Below are positions 1 through 13,974 of a DNA stretch of 64,000 nucleotides, one piece after another. The stretch is from Octopus vulgaris (taxonomy: Eukaryota). Every line of letters begins with the position of its first letter. Position 1 is the first letter of the stretch. Position numbers and translations under genes: made by a program. Under the pieces are notes generated by a model. That model was not told the DNA's origin. It saw only the letters and a list, made by a program, of their open reading frames with translations, and did no database searches. The stretch covers positions 126,108,001 to 126,172,000 of the forward strand of contig OX597815.1 of NCBI GenBank assembly GCA_951406725.2, given 5' to 3'.

Positions 1-1187
1 ATCTGGAAGACCTGGTCTTTTATTTGTCTGTGACGAAAGACACTTCTCTTGTACCGTTCTGACCTCGTCTGGAGAATTCTTATTTTTCCCGTCCAAATAA
101 TTCTGAAGACTACGGAATAAATGATAATCAGATTGGGCAATGTCTGGCAAATATGGTGGGTGAGCATTGTCCCCCATTCAAACTGCTCCATCCTTTGGAA
201 TGTCATCCTCACTGTATGTGGCCGAGCATATTTTGATGGAAGAACACATTGCGTCTTGAAACCAAAAATGTTTTCTTCCCTTCTAGCGCTAACTTAAGCC
301 GCTCACGCTGCTCGCTCTAGATCTGCTTTGCTATTGTTTGGTTTTGGTTTAAAAGTTTAAAGTGGACTAAACCTTTCATATCCTGCCAAGCAGATAACAA
401 CACCTTACTTGGGTGAAGACCTTCTTTAGCCTGGGGTACCGGTTTTTTTCCCTTTCCCTACCCACTGTCTTCGGTGCTTGACATTTTTATAGAGAACCCA
501 TTTCTCGTCACCAGTCGCTATTCGGTCCAGAATGGTTCATTCGTGAGACGGGACAACAAAGAAGGGCACACATTGATTTCTGCAGGCGATTAGACATATG
601 AAGTTTGTGAGGAACACATTGACCCAATTTGCTGACATTTCCGAGAGTACGCAGGTGTGGATGAATGGTTGAACGACCAAATCCAAGCTTCTCTGCTAGT
701 TGCTCAACAGTTACGATGAGATTTTGTTCCAGCAGGATTTGCACAACTTCCTCGTCGAGCGCTGCAGATCTTCCGGGATGAGGCTCGTCTTATAGGCTAT
801 AGTTTCTGTCTCGGAATTTCTGACACTGGCTTTTATTGTCCGATCCCCATATACTGCATTAATATTCCTCACACTTTCTGTTACTTTGTTGTCTTTATTT
901 AACTCATGACTCAAAATATGCCGAATATGCTCCTTTGTCACTTCCATTATCGGACTGCACTCTTCAAAACTGCCACAGTCCAAGTAATGTCTAAAATGAA
1001 GCAGGACCACTTGATTCGAGCATGTAGATGATTTAGATCTCATACAGAAGCAGTTGTTGAAGCTGAAGGTGGCTTTATTTGATAACATTATAGAAAAGAA
1101 GGTTTATTTTTATCCTCATAGCATTTTTGATAAATAAAATTGTTTTTTATAATCATAAATCTGTCCTCAAATATCTTACGCACCCTG
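1..1187 (-). mobile_element. Decayed mariner (DD34D) transposon, runs off the window start; transposase ATG near 947
   Basis: Minus-strand translations give MEVTKEHIRHILSHELNK, LGQCVPHKL (WVPHEL-like), IATGDEKWVLY (~480-525) and HPPYLPDIAQSDYH (YSPDLAPSD-like, ~120-165), with frameshifts. Confidence 0.9.
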
Positions 1188-1212
1188 TCTATGTGTGTGT
1201 GTGTGTGTGTGA

Positions 1213-1243
<31 letters not shown>

Positions 1244-1264
1244 TGTGTGTGTATGTGTGTATTT

Positions 1265-1505
1265 ATTATTTGTGTCTGTCGTTTTTCCCTCCACCATCGC
1301 TTGACAACCGATGTTGGTGTGCTTATGACACCGTCACTTAGCGGTTCGGCAAAAAGACCGATAGAATAAGTACTAGTCTTACAAAAATAAGTCCTGGGGT
1401 CGATTTGTTCGACCAAAGGCGGTGTTCCAGCATAGCCACAGTCAAATGACTGAAACAAGTAAAAGAATAAAAGAAAAACAAGTAAAATAATAAAAGAATA
1501 AAAGA
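1265..1505 (+). mobile_element. 3' body and tail of the bipartite tRNA-derived SINE (family A)
   Basis: cttgacaaccgatgttggtg...cttagcggttcggcaaaa...ggcggtgttccagcatagccacagtcaaatgactgaaac-(taaaaga)n; the same sequence recurs at 23780-23960, 49100-49295 and 53237-53400(-). Confidence 0.85.
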
Positions 1506-1517
1506 AATTATATATAT

Positions 1518-1575
<58 letters not shown>

Positions 1576-1929
1576 TCATCATCATCATCATCATCATTAT
1601 ATTTATTGCTGTTGTTTATGTGATCACCGTTTGTGTTGCTATGATTACGTTGTATTTTTATTAATGTTTTTCATTAACATGGACACAAATTTCTATCATT
1701 CTCTCAAATGCAAATAATTCAGCTTTACTTTCAAAAGCTCTTGAATTCGTATTAACCTTGTGATCTGCCATATATTTTCAATGGATTTCAAGTGATGAAT
1801 ATCAGAAGAAATCCATGTCTTTGACGAAGAGTTTTTAGCTAATTTAGTAGAATGATCGGAATCAGCAAGGTGCTGCTTGTATGTGTTATATAAGATAAAC
1901 TAATATTTACAAACAAAACACATCCCAAA

Positions 1930-2187
1930 TTCTAGGCTTCCTGTAATGGTGCAATGCAGGATGTTCAAGAACATTCAACGGTGTTACGGCTAGATCACCT
2001 AATACCTCGCTGCAAAATTCTAGCCACTATACATTCTTTATTTTCTCTCCTTGTTTCTTTCTGTGTTGCTTTCTGTGGACGAGCGTAGGCTCGAAACGTT
2101 AAATACTTTTTCACTTTCCGAGCGTTATACTAATACATCTGTTTGCTGTCTACACCACCTGTTTGTTGTCTGTTTTTTTGTTTACAC
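1930..2187 (+). mobile_element. PLE-like terminal repeat fragment with a minimal HHR-like motif (family G)
   Basis: ctgtggacgagcgtaggctcgaaacgtt at 2073-2100, followed by the family tail ccgagcgtta...ctaatacatctgtttg that also occurs at 27760-27897, 53447-53570 and 56536-56650. Confidence 0.6.
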
Positions 2188-2195
2188 CACGGAAT

Positions 2196-2246
2196 TTTGT
2201 CAGTGAACAGGTTGCGGTCTCAAAGCGACGAAAATACTTTGACAAA
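2196..2246 (+). ncRNA. Hammerhead-like motif with a G3:C8 variant core
   Basis: Stem I tttgtca/tgacaaa, core GUGAACA(+G), stem II gttgc/gcgac, GAAA, short imperfect stem III, UU. Confidence 0.5.
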
Positions 2247-3019
2247 TTAAATTTAAATGTTGAAGTGAATCTAACGGATTTTGTGTGTTTCTTAAATGGC
2301 TTATAAATACCTTCCACGCTGCAATTGTTTTCGTTCCAGCACACGATCTCAGATCAGATCACTTGCTATGCAAGTACATCTCCGTAATGTTCATAAAGAA
2401 AGCAGTAAACTACAGGTTGTCATTTTATCCCCCCAAGAGAGAATATGAAAGATAAATTCAAACTAAATAGAATTCGAAAATAGAACATGAAAAGAAATAA
2501 TAAGTAACTGTGTTGTACTTTATCTGACAACTCTCTTACACCAAATATTTCTATCGACAATTTGCAAAAATATTAATAAAGAAATTTAAAGAAATGGTTC
2601 GGAAATGATATATTAGCTGACGTTAGAAAAGGATATTTGACACAAAATTCGCCGTCAGATAATGCAAAGCAAAACTATATTGGCTGCCCAGGGAATTCAT
2701 TACGCCTACCATAATGTAAATACTGATTACGAGAGATATCGAAGGAAAATGTCAACGAAGATGTCACTCCATAGAATTTCATTGTTTCGTTGACAAACAT
2801 TTACATTCACTCATATCTATGTGTGAGAATGGTTGTGTGTGTGTGTGTGTGTGTGTGTACATACATACATGCATGCATGCATACATACATGCATGCATAC
2901 ATACATACATACATACATATACATACATACATACATATACATGTATACATGTATGTATATCATATGTATATAGAAAATTGGACAGATAAGTAGATAGATA
3001 TAAATGGACGCGCACACGC

Positions 3020-3062
<43 letters not shown>

Positions 3063-3104
3063 TATACATACACACACACATACATATATATATATATACA
3101 CACA

Positions 3105-3324
3105 CAAGGAGATGCTGAAAAGTCCTGGCTTTGGGTAAAAGAAAATACAAGAGGATCCGTTATGATTTTATCCAACATATTTTTATCCCAGATTCACTCA
3201 CTTTTGCAGCCTTTCTTCATTTTTCTAAGCCCTGTAAAACAATTCGGAAGGCTGGACCTCCAACCAGGGGTCCTCTAGCCAGGCCGTTCAAGATACCCTT
3301 AAAGCAAAGGACTTTTCAGCACTC
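3105..3324. mobile_element. Mariner-derived MITE
   Basis: Imperfect TIRs tgctgaaaagtcctggcttt ... aaagcaaaggacttttcagca; a diverged, inverted relative lies at 24065-24270. Confidence 0.7.
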
Positions 3325-3561
3325 AGATGAGACCTACACTGAACTAAATATCGTGAATGGTATCAGATTAAAGTTGTGGAGATATTTTTATACATTGGGA
3401 GTACATTATAGATCTCTAGACACATAAATCCACTCACGATTTGTAAAATTTGTAGGGCGTTTAGTGTGACAGAAAAGAGTTCAAGGTCAGATATTGAGAA
3501 TCATCAGTCGAAGAAAAGTCAGTGTTACTAAGATATGTTTTACTAAGACATGTCTTAGTAA

Positions 3562-4170
3562 TACTTTTATCTTTTATTTGTTTCATATAGAGATTGAAAC
3601 TAAGCTGGAGCACCGCCTTTCATTGTAATTGGACTTCTTTACTGTTACTGGTGAAATAGCGAGTTGGATAGAGTTGCTTTTCTTTGTGCCTGCACCGGCG
3701 ATGTGGCTTCGTCTGGTAGCTGAGATAAAAATGTGTCCAGACGCTCTTTGAATACCCCTCTTCTACGGCTCGGAAATTTCTGAAGCTGTTTGGTTGAAAG
3801 CTGAATAATCATGGACTCTTGAAACCAAAACCACCACAATACTGGGGCCTTATTCTAGATAGAGAAGACTGGAGCTTTGATACTACGCAGTGCCATTCAA
3901 TTCAGTGTTTAGCATAGCTTTCAATTTATAAGTCGTGAGCTAGACCTTCCAGGATCTTCCATAAGTATATTATCTTTTCTCTCGGGAGTAGATCTTAAGT
4001 TGCTTTAGTCCCTCTCGATTCTTCATCTGTTTCACTGGGTCAATCTTCTTTGTATAGTGGTGCTGGATTGCCTCAAGTTCCGCAACCTATTTGACGCTCT
4101 TCGGTGATCACACTTGGTGGGATAAGTAATCCAGACGACTGAGAACGGACGTTTTTCGTAAAAGTAGCAT
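3562..4170 (-). mobile_element. CR1/L2-group LINE 3' fragment
   Basis: ORF 3645-3839 has FKERLDTFLSQLPDE...NSL; upstream degenerate LDY..P...IEAIQHHYTKKI; 3' tail ggcggtgctccagcttag...gaaacaaataaaaga. Confidence 0.8.
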
Positions 4171-4199
4171 AGAGAAAGACTTTTATATTGTCTCTACTG

Positions 4200-5500
4200 A
4201 ATAATATAGGACTTTTGTTGTCTTTGTGGAGGCATTTATTGAGTAAGGAAAAGTATTGTCTTGCTACACTAGTTACACGTTCTTGTTCAACGATCGATTG
4301 AACCAGATTATGCTTCTTTCGTTGGGGCTGTTTTGTTTTTACCTGTAAAGCGGGAATTTTTCTATTGTATTTTTAATGAGACTATGCATGAGTGCCTAGT
4401 TGTATTTGTTTTTGAGTATGTAAAAATGTACTTCATCAGAGAGAAAAAAGACTTCCTGTACGTCTACTAATTACCATGGGTGTTTATTTAATAGCGTTTG
4501 GTGGGTGGTTGCAATCTTAACGCATGTAGACATATTGATTTTAAGGTTATTTATGATTCGTAGAGTTATCGTTGTGTCCAGAAAGTTGAAGGTCACTAAG
4601 CTGGTCTACTGTTTTTTATGGTTAAAAAATGTTTAAGGTGGCAACGATTTTTCCCAAGTGACTAAGCTGTGCATTAACTCCAGCTTTCAGAAACCATTAG
4701 GTCATCTCCCTATATAGTCCCATATTAGTATTGTCCATATTTATTCTAGTTCTCTAATGAGAATAGGCCCACAGCGTCACATACAACTGTGCTGTCATAA
4801 TTCCCTTTGAAAATTGATACGTCTATAAATGTTTTGACCCAGAATTTCTTGATGCCAAGTAAGATACTATTGTGTCGAGCACATCTGATATTACAAATTT
4901 GTGGATAGATGCGAACTATAAGGTTTTATGGGACAGATGATAGAGCGATAAAAATCTTTGATACTAAATAGGATATATTTTCACCCTCAGTCTGTTTCAG
5001 ATTCTGTGAGAATTTTTTTTTATGTGGATTGAGTCCAGTATATTTTATTGGCCAGGTCTAGTTCTCTTTCCGCAGGGTTATTTAGCCCGTTTTACGCAAT
5101 GCTATTAAAGTTATAATTGTGGTATTTGAGTGTTATGTATACGCTTTTCGTTCCTCTGCCTTTGGCCCCACTGTGCATACAGCATTGGTTGCTATTTGTT
5201 TTACCGTTGTATATGCCCTTGTGACAGTTTTTATAGATTTGCATTACGTTGTCAAGTAGTACGTTATAGTGTTTTTACCCTCCGCATAAATAGTTTCTTT
5301 TGTCCCCATATACGATGTTCTTGGAGAAGTTTATTGTGCTTATATCCTTTTCCCAGCTTTTGATAGAATTTGCCAATTGTAGTTCCAGATTTTAAAGATG
5401 TCATTATGTTTAATGCATCATGTACAAATACGTTTAAGCATATATGGACAATGGACATTTCCTAGTTTTAGAAACTATTGTTTACGTTCGTTTCTGTTCT
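4200..5500 (-). mobile_element. Decayed Penelope-like reverse transcriptase
   Basis: Minus-strand peptides GNYDSTVVCDAVGLF, MGLYR(DD), NFLDTTITL, NHPPNAIK and SIIWFN match PLE RT/thumb motifs (MGSYDGAEVCELVGL, GLYRDDG, SNHPP, IIWFNPP). Heavily frameshifted. Confidence 0.7.
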
Positions 5501-5551
5501 TAGAAACGCTTTAGTAGTCGTGAAAGCAGGATTTCTACCTCCACGAGGGAG

Positions 5552-5595
<44 letters not shown>

Positions 5596-6369
5596 ATGTT
5601 GATGCTAACTGGAGCAGAGAGTGAATTTCAAGATAATTCTATCTGCTTTTACAATGAAGGGAGACAGCATATGGTCGTCCGATCTAATAGAAATAGTTGC
5701 GAAATATGCCTCCAACCACTCGCTGACAGCTTCATCTATACAAGGACATAGTGAATCATGTACACTATATATCAACAAAAGAAGAAAGGTAAACAGCTGT
5801 AACAACAACTCGATGATTAAGGGTAACTTGGAGCTAAACAATAACAGTATCAATAAGCCTAATACATTTCGTATTTACTTGAATATAAATTGAAATTGCT
5901 AATACAAAAACATTTATATAATATGGAACATATAATTTAAATATAATTTAAACTTATAATACCATCAACAACAGCACCAACTCTCACTAGCCTCTAATTT
6001 CAAAATACAAAGTAGAGTGGAACACCTAGTCATGCGCAAGGACCACAAGGACAACGATTTATTCAAACCCAAAATATCCACTAATAATCCATGCGAAAAC
6101 TGAACTGAGCATAATTAGCAAACACATTCTCGGCTCAATAAATTTCAAGATTAGAAGTGCTACGAAATAACCGCAGTGGAACAACATCAGCACAGCAATT
6201 AAGTGGTTCAATGGCATAGAAAATAAAGCGGTCTTTATGGTGATTTATCCACTTCAATAAAATGGAATTTTCCCATTAATTTAAAATTCCATTCTCCAGA
6301 AAGCCTTAGAATTTAGTAGGACAATTACGATTATTACTGACACAAATACCAGCATAGTAACGAATACGT

Positions 6370-6555
6370 ATTTCTTTACTACCCACAAGGGGCTAAACAC
6401 AGAGAGGACAAACAAGGACAGACAAACGGATTAAGTCGATTATATCAACCCCAGTGCGTAACTGGTACTTATTTAATCGACCCCGAAAGGATGAATGGCA
6501 AAGTCAACCTCGGCGGAATTTGAACTGAGAACGTAACGGCAGACGAAATACTGCT
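6370..6555 (-). mobile_element. Nin/Deu-domain-like SINE (family B)
   Basis: Reverse complement reads gttcaaattccgccgaggttgactttgccattcatcctttcggggtcgattaaataagtaccag. Other copies at ~8890-9075, 15090-15650, 17860-17970(-), 29325-29475, 61215-61860 and 62403-62600. Confidence 0.75.
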
Positions 6556-6679
6556 CATAAAGTATTATCACTAATTTCACTAGTTTCTTTTGGCGTATGA
6601 ATAACACACACACATTACCCTTCTCAATCTTGCTCTCTCTCTCTCAATGCATACATACGTACACACATACGCACACATG

Positions 6680-6721
<42 letters not shown>

Positions 6722-7159
6722 CACATATGATAAGGAGAGTGAAATTAGTACAATTTTAATATTCATTACAATTGTTTCTTCCGTTTCTAATTACATTGAA
6801 TGTGTATGATTTCGTGTAAAAGATTACGTAATCTGTAGTTGAATAGGCTGGAGAGGCACTTCATCAGACAAGCACTGAGCCGTGCATGGTGCCTGGTACG
6901 AAATTCACTCTTCTCTTCTGCCTTACCATATATATTACTTTTTGAAATACTTACACATTAGTTCTACCACTGAGATACCCGGAGTTCCTACAACAGTAAA
7001 CTTGTAATTCCTCTAAGTTTCAGTATTACAGTGTGTCTAGCCAGAAGTTCGCTTCGGGAGGTGCATTTAGAATACACCGCTTTTAAAACCCAATCAAACC
7101 TACACTGTGTGTGTGTTTGTGTTTATGTGTTTGTGTGTGTGTGTGTGTGTTTGTGTTTA

Positions 7160-7201
<42 letters not shown>

Positions 7202-7801
7202 TATGTATATAAAACACATGTGCAAACTAGAAACAACCAAATTTCACGATTTTTCCTCTTTATAAATTTGATGATTATACAATTGAAAGACAATGTTTCA
7301 ATAAAAAAATATCTCCTTCATAATAAAATACTAACTATGTTTAAATTCCTCCGACTGAGAAAGGGGGACAATCAACACCAACACTGCTGTGACCATTACC
7401 AAATCACTACAATGGCTGCTACTAGTTAGATGGTTTATCGCTATAAGACACTGGAAGCCCTAGCTGTTGCTGTTGCTGTCCCTATATCTGCTACTACCAC
7501 TAACATCCCTACCTGCCATTACTTTCACTGGTTGACCGCCACTGCCGTCCACTCTCAACTAGCAACAATTAGAATGAAACGAAATACAGCACTACGTAGT
7601 CGTAATGAGTAAAACTTTTAAACTTTCTGTACTGATATTACGAAAGATTAAGTTGATTTATTTCAACGTATTTTTCTTTTTATTTCAGCATGATTAAATC
7701 GTCTCAAAGTGATAGAAACCGGTAGCTGCTTATTTGAAAATATATATACCGTCTTTCTTTTTACTATATTAAGTTCCTAAAAGCATTTTATTATTTTTCA
7801 G

Positions 7802-7874
<73 letters not shown>

Positions 7875-8889
7875 AGACATACATGTGTATATGTGTGTAC
7901 GTAAATTATATAATTAGATTCTTTCAATCCATTGTCTGAACTGTTCTTTCAATCTATTGTCTGAACTGGTACTTTTTTTATCGCCCCCAACGGAATGAAA
8001 TGCAAGAATGATCTCAGCGTTATTTGAACTCAGTGTACAGATAGTTTGAATAAACACTCCTCGGTACTCTAACCGATGCTCTAATGACTTTGTTACATTA
8101 ATTGACAAACAATACATTAGCACTTGGCGGATGAATAAACTCTAAACTGTGGTAGAATGACTGATTAATGATTAACTAAGTATTTATCAGCCGTAAGCTT
8201 TACAATGGTTCAGATACCAGGAATTAGTAATTCGGTAATCGCTTCTATGGAGTGTCTAAATGTCTCTGGTGAGTTAAAGAGATTATCGTTGAATTAAAAT
8301 TTCATGCGATATAATTTCATACTGTGTAATTAAGAAGTCATAAACCAAATTCGTCCTTCGTTTTATTGAGAGGGTAACAATGTGATTTGAGAGTATTTAG
8401 TTTCATTTTGGTCGAGCTATCGTGTAGAGGCCCTAGTCTCTAGCATTACTTAGAACTATCCGAAAAAAGCACCTGCAAGAAAATGTTATATTATTTATGA
8501 AATGGACTGTGTCAGTTCCCAGACAGTGCGGCATTCACTGCCATGAAGTTCTGAAATAGTCAAACCTAGTGTTTCTCGCGGTTGAAACGGTTGAAATGGG
8601 GCGGATAAATTCCATTATTCAAAATTTTTGAAATTTATTCTCCACCATGACAAAGAAAAAAAGAATGATATAACTGAAAATTCTATTTTGGCGGGAGTAG
8701 CAAAACATTTCACTAAATTTTTCCGGGTTAGGTTCCTCGTATTTGTGTACTTTAGAACTAATGGTCTAAGTTATGTCTATATGAAAAATATCGAACGTCC
8801 AAACGATGATAGGTTGTTCTGAAGTGGAGTAGAAGAAGGGAATAATGCTGGTTTACCAACGTGTGTACAGCAGAAAAATGTGGTGAATT

Positions 8890-9075
8890 GGGAGGATCAT
8901 TTAGCAAGGCAGACAAAATGCTTAGCCGCATTATTTCCTGATTTTTACGTTCTGAGTTCAAATACCGCTGAGGTCAACTCTGCCTTTCATCCCTTTGAAT
9001 CGATAAAATAATGTACAAATCAAGTAATGAGGTTGAGGCAATCGACTTGCCTCGCCTCTCAAAATTACTTGCCTT
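8890..9075 (+). mobile_element. Family B SINE copy
   Basis: aaatgcttagc...tacgttctgagttcaaataccgctgaggtcaactctgcctttcatccc...gataaaataa. Confidence 0.7.
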
Positions 9076-10574
9076 TAACGGATCAGAAGGATTGTCGTGG
9101 TTTTGGTCTCTTCCATTACCCATGGGCCCTGTGAGTCCTTAGGTTCGAGGAAAACAAATACGACTGAACAGACAGACATTGTTACATGCAGCCTTATACC
9201 AATACACAGGATGTGTCAAATATGAATAAAAGAAGCAAGAAAATGTGCATTCAGGAATCATAATATTTTTAATTAACTGAACTGGAAATTTTCACAAGTA
9301 ATGGAAATTTAATAATATTGCAGCTGGAATTTGGATTGAAAGAAAAAATGACATATTGAATTTAATTGAAACGTAAAAATATATCCACCTTTTTAGATTC
9401 TACATCACTTTAAGAAGAAAATTTGATATGGAACTTCTTGCATCTACTCCCTGTGATGAATTTATTAAGTTCACATATTCAGGAGTGGTGTACTTTTTTC
9501 AATCACATATATGCCTACGTTTTTATTCACACTTTACGTGTGTGTAGGCATTGTCTGCACATGTGGCTGATAATAACGATAAGTGTGTGTGTGTGTGTGT
9601 GGTTTGTTTGTTGGTACTTCTAATGATCTGCTGATAACTGACTTCTCAAGGTTAGACAATGAAAAAGGTGTTAACTTTTAATTGAAAGAATGATGTATCC
9701 AGCTTCAAAATATTTATAGCCATACATCCTAAAAAGCTAATTTTTCATTTTGCTCTTCCTTACGTGGGAACAAATATCGAGGGAATGCTATGGAAATTTA
9801 GAGTATTGTTGCTTGGACGACTGATGACATTTTTTTATGAAAATCTTTCCTTTGATGCTGCTCTTCGAATTTATTAAATTTGTATTGGAGAGATGGCACT
9901 TTTAATGCTTTTCTGTTAGCAAATTAAACTACACTTATGGGGGAAAAAAAAACTTCCGCATTTTCCCTTTCCCTCCTCCTGCCACTTTTCTCCCGTCACC
10001 TTTTCCCTTCCTTCTTCCGTTTTTCTCTTTCTGTCATTTTCTCCTCCTCTTATACTTCGGCTCCGTTCCCTCTTTTCTCCTCCCCTTTTACTTTCTACTC
10101 CGCTACTCCTTCCTCCTCCCCTCATCCCATTCAAACTCGGGCAGACGATAATACATCAAAATTACATTGGCATTTAAAATACTTGTAAATGGTTATGGCG
10201 TTCCCCATTATCCATTAGTGGGTGTCAATTAGAGGATTAGTTGTACATATGTCAATGTCTGTTCCTAATCCTTCAGATATCGTTAAGAGGACGAAAGAAA
10301 AAAAATCTTTTTTTCTTTGTCACTCGAGTAAGACTATTTTAACACAAATCTATGATCTCAAATCAAATGGTTAACGTATTTTCTACATAGACAATGTGAA
10401 AGAATTCATAGCATGTCGCTTGCCCAATGACACAATGAAAAATCTGTGAGCGTAATTTCAGTTCAAGACCTACAAGTTACTGTTTATTTCGCGCGGCTGT
10501 CTCCACTATTGATGTGAAATGTTTGTGCATTAGTTTAATCATGTTATTGTAATCTTTACATTTTTGCCTTTTCA

Positions 10575-10920
10575 GCTCATGGATTACAGCCTAAAACTTC
10601 ATTTCTCAAAACATTCTATTGTACCAGACTGATATTTAGAGGTCCTCAACTGTTCAACTACTTACCTAAAGAAATCAGATATATCGAAGGAACTTCTATT
10701 GAAGCATTCATAAAAAAACATTGGAGAAATTCCTGAGGATGGTACTTGACCAGTTAATTATTAAAGGATACATTCAAGAAAGATCAACTGCTACAATCTT
10801 AATCATAGACCAACTTCCTGCCATAAAGCGACAACAAAACTGATAGAAAATATGATAAAGGGTGCTCCAGCTTAGCTGCAATCCGACTGAAACCGTTAAA
10901 AGAATAAAAGAACAAAAGAA
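10575..10920 (+). mobile_element. CR1/L2-group LINE 3' fragment
   Basis: Translates to FRGPQLFNYLPKEIRYIEG...LEKFLRMVLDQ; tail ggtgctccagcttagctgcaatccgactgaaac-(taaaaga)n. Confidence 0.8.
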
Positions 10921-11322
10921 AGCGAAATTTAGCTTTGGTCCAGTTCGTCTTAGTTTCTTAGTAATAACGCCCTCCTAATTTAAAACTGTCACAAAAGAAC
11001 ACACAAAAAGAAAAAAAACATCGTACGACTATATTGTACATTTCCTGAGTCTTTATTAGATCTGTTTGTATTGTAGTCTCTGTGTTTAGTGTACCTCATA
11101 CTTCTAGATGCCAAAGGGCTAAAGAAAAAGTAGTTTTAGCAAACATTCTCATCGAAGTAATTGTATCTGCACGTAAAAGCAAATGGCATTACGATTTAAC
11201 TGGTGAAGCCTTTCCTTTAATTGGCTAGCACACATTATGAAAGTTTTATAAGTCACGTTTTAGTCTGTTATCTCAAGCATTAACTAACAGTAAACCGAAA
11301 ACACATATCTACCTATCTGTTT

Positions 11323-11621
<299 letters not shown>

Positions 11622-11622
11622 T

Positions 11623-11678
11623 AAACTTAGATAAACTTAGATATGTTTCGACCAATGATTGGTCCAGGCCATGTCTAA
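11623..11678 (-). mobile_element. Severely 5'-truncated LINE 3' end, same family as 19668-20450
   Basis: cttagatatgtttcgaccaatgattggtccaggccatgtctaa is nearly identical to 19686-19728. Confidence 0.8.
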
Positions 11679-12001
11679 AATGGGACAAGAACGCAAAGCA
11701 TCCAGACAGTTAGGTGATACAAAAAAGGGACAACAAAGTATCCAGATAGACGATACAAAGAAAATAAGGACGAGTCATTCGGAGTTTACTTTCCTCATTC
11801 GAGTTCCAGATTATGCTTACAATTTCGGCTGGTTATACTCGTGATTACTCCAATCTGGCCAGCCCCAAGGAAAAACTAAGCTAAGATCATTAGATTCCTT
11901 GGAAGACAGCAGCAAATATATACGAAAACAAGGACGAAAAGAAAAACGGAGAAGGTTACACAAATACAAATAACAGGACATAACAACAGGTGAGAGAAAG
12001 A

Positions 12002-12084
<83 letters not shown>

Positions 12085-13034
12085 GCACAAACACAACACA
12101 CACATACACACATACAAAGGAAAAAAGTGGCACAAGGACGACAAAGAAATTTACAGGAAAGTAGAAAACAGTATGCACACAGAAGACGTAGACAAGCTCA
12201 ATTCTTCACTATTTCAACATTTTTTAAAATAAGATCGAGACAAATAAAATAAAAGAATGACGAAGTCTGTAGACCGAGCAGTAAATAAAGACAAGTTGTG
12301 AGGAATACAGAAAATATAATAAAAAGAAAAAAAACATACAGCAAAGACAGTAACAGAAAAACAAAACTGATACAGATATTAAATTCATAGGTCTTTCAAA
12401 TTAGCTACAGCGAGAGGTCGAGCTGGGCCAAATAACACTAACAGAAAAGAGATTGGGGCCTCTTGGCTTTGAGAAAAATATTTTAAAGGTTAGACAATCC
12501 AGGTGCTGCGCTCAGCTTTCAATGAAATGTGTAGTTTGAAAAGTTATACATATATATAGCTGTGTATGTGTGTGTGTGTATAAATGTGTATATATAAATG
12601 TATGATGAATGTATAAGTGTTTGCTTATGTACGTATTTGAATGTACGTTTGTGTGTGTGTGTGCGTGAATATGTGTGTGTGTGTGTGTGTATGTGCATGT
12701 GTTCGTGTGTGTGGCTGGCGACGTACGTGCCTTAGTATGCAGTTAAATTACGTGTTTGTTCTTTATGTTTAAGTCAACTGTGATCAAACAAATCCACAGC
12801 AGAATGTTAGTCGATCGAGCGACAAAAAGCTACGATTTGCAAAGGGGCTGATGTTTCTTCGTTTGACCGGCGTTCAAACCATGACCATCTCATGTTATTA
12901 TTTATTTATTCATTGTCAGCATAGTGCTTCCAGAACAGCAATATCTCCAGGTGTTTTTCTGTCTGATGACAACAGCATATAATTTGGAAGTTACTTCATT
13001 GCTTTTTCTAACAGTTTAAGTAACAATATAAATA

Positions 13035-13303
13035 GAATGGAACCGCGGTTTACGAACGCTTCTTATCACGTACAAATTGGCTAATGAACAATTTTTTCAA
13101 CATAAAACCGAATAACAAACGTTACCTCGAGTAACGAACACGCTAGCTAGCAACAACAATGGGCGACAAGCTTCAGTATCAATAGGAGAGCGTCAGTTGC
13201 TGTCTAACTTCCGCTTAGTGCACATCCCTACTCGGTTTACGAACATTTTGGGTAACGAACGACCTGCAGGAACGCACTATATTCGTAAACCGAGGTTCCA
13301 CTG
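13035..13303. mobile_element. Tigger/pogo-like MITE
   Basis: TIRs (ga)atggaaccgcggtttacgaa ... ttcgtaaaccgaggttccactg flanked by TA; internal subterminal repeats of cggtttacgaac. Confidence 0.8.
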
Positions 13304-13974
13304 TATACCAGTTTTTGTTTCGGAAGAGGTGATGCTTTTTAGGATTGTGTTGTTCTTGTGACGCGGATTGTTCTAAATGTAAGTGAGAGCTTGAATGCTT
13401 AATGGCAGGGGGCCTGTGACTTTGCAACAACAAACAGTACGTTCCACGCCAACGGGTGATATTTCCTTTTGAGAACTCGAGTTTGAAGTTTCAAGGGATT
13501 TCTGGGTCCATTATCTGTGAATGATTTAATGATGATTTTATGTTCTTTGTTTGCTGTGGTTCCTTGGAGAGAAGGAGAGAGAGAGAGAGAGAGAGAGATA
13601 ATGAGAGCCAAATCAGTTATGGTATAGTGAATGATGGATTTAACGTTAGACCTGATCTTGGAGGAATGAAAGGTACTTCGGCCATGGTCATCTTGTCTTT
13701 TAACTATATTGGTAACTATATTATTCAAGGTCCTTCCTTTCTCAGGATGATGGCGTGTGGTTTGATAGAGATTGGGCTGCTTTTTCTAAATGGTTGAGTG
13801 ACCGTGTCGAAGCTCCCTCGTTCAACGCTTTTCTTCGATGTCATATGAGTAAACAAACACAAGCACAAACACACGCACACACACATACATATATACACAC
13901 ACAAGCACACGCACACAGAGGTAACAGCATCATCAGGACAAATGAAATTCTTTCCTGAAAAGAAAGAAAAACCA

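Noticed and set aside
5600-6350. Possible PLE endonuclease relic (+)
   Set aside because: Similarity too faint to support by eye.
6765-6875. Minus-strand CUGAUGA-a-gtg...cac-GAAA hammerhead candidate
   Set aside because: Stems I and III cannot be formed convincingly.
9180-9920. Possible Tc1/mariner relic (similar weak hints at 29650-29870, 31680-31960 and 45900-46400)
   Set aside because: Only fragmentary HTH-like hints; no TIR pair confirmed.
11680-11990. Repeat with ggctgg/ccagcc-GAAA and gga/tcc-GAAU motifs (minus), weakly related to ~27640
   Set aside because: No CUGANGA core in the correct position; probably a PLE-like terminus but not supportable as a ribozyme.
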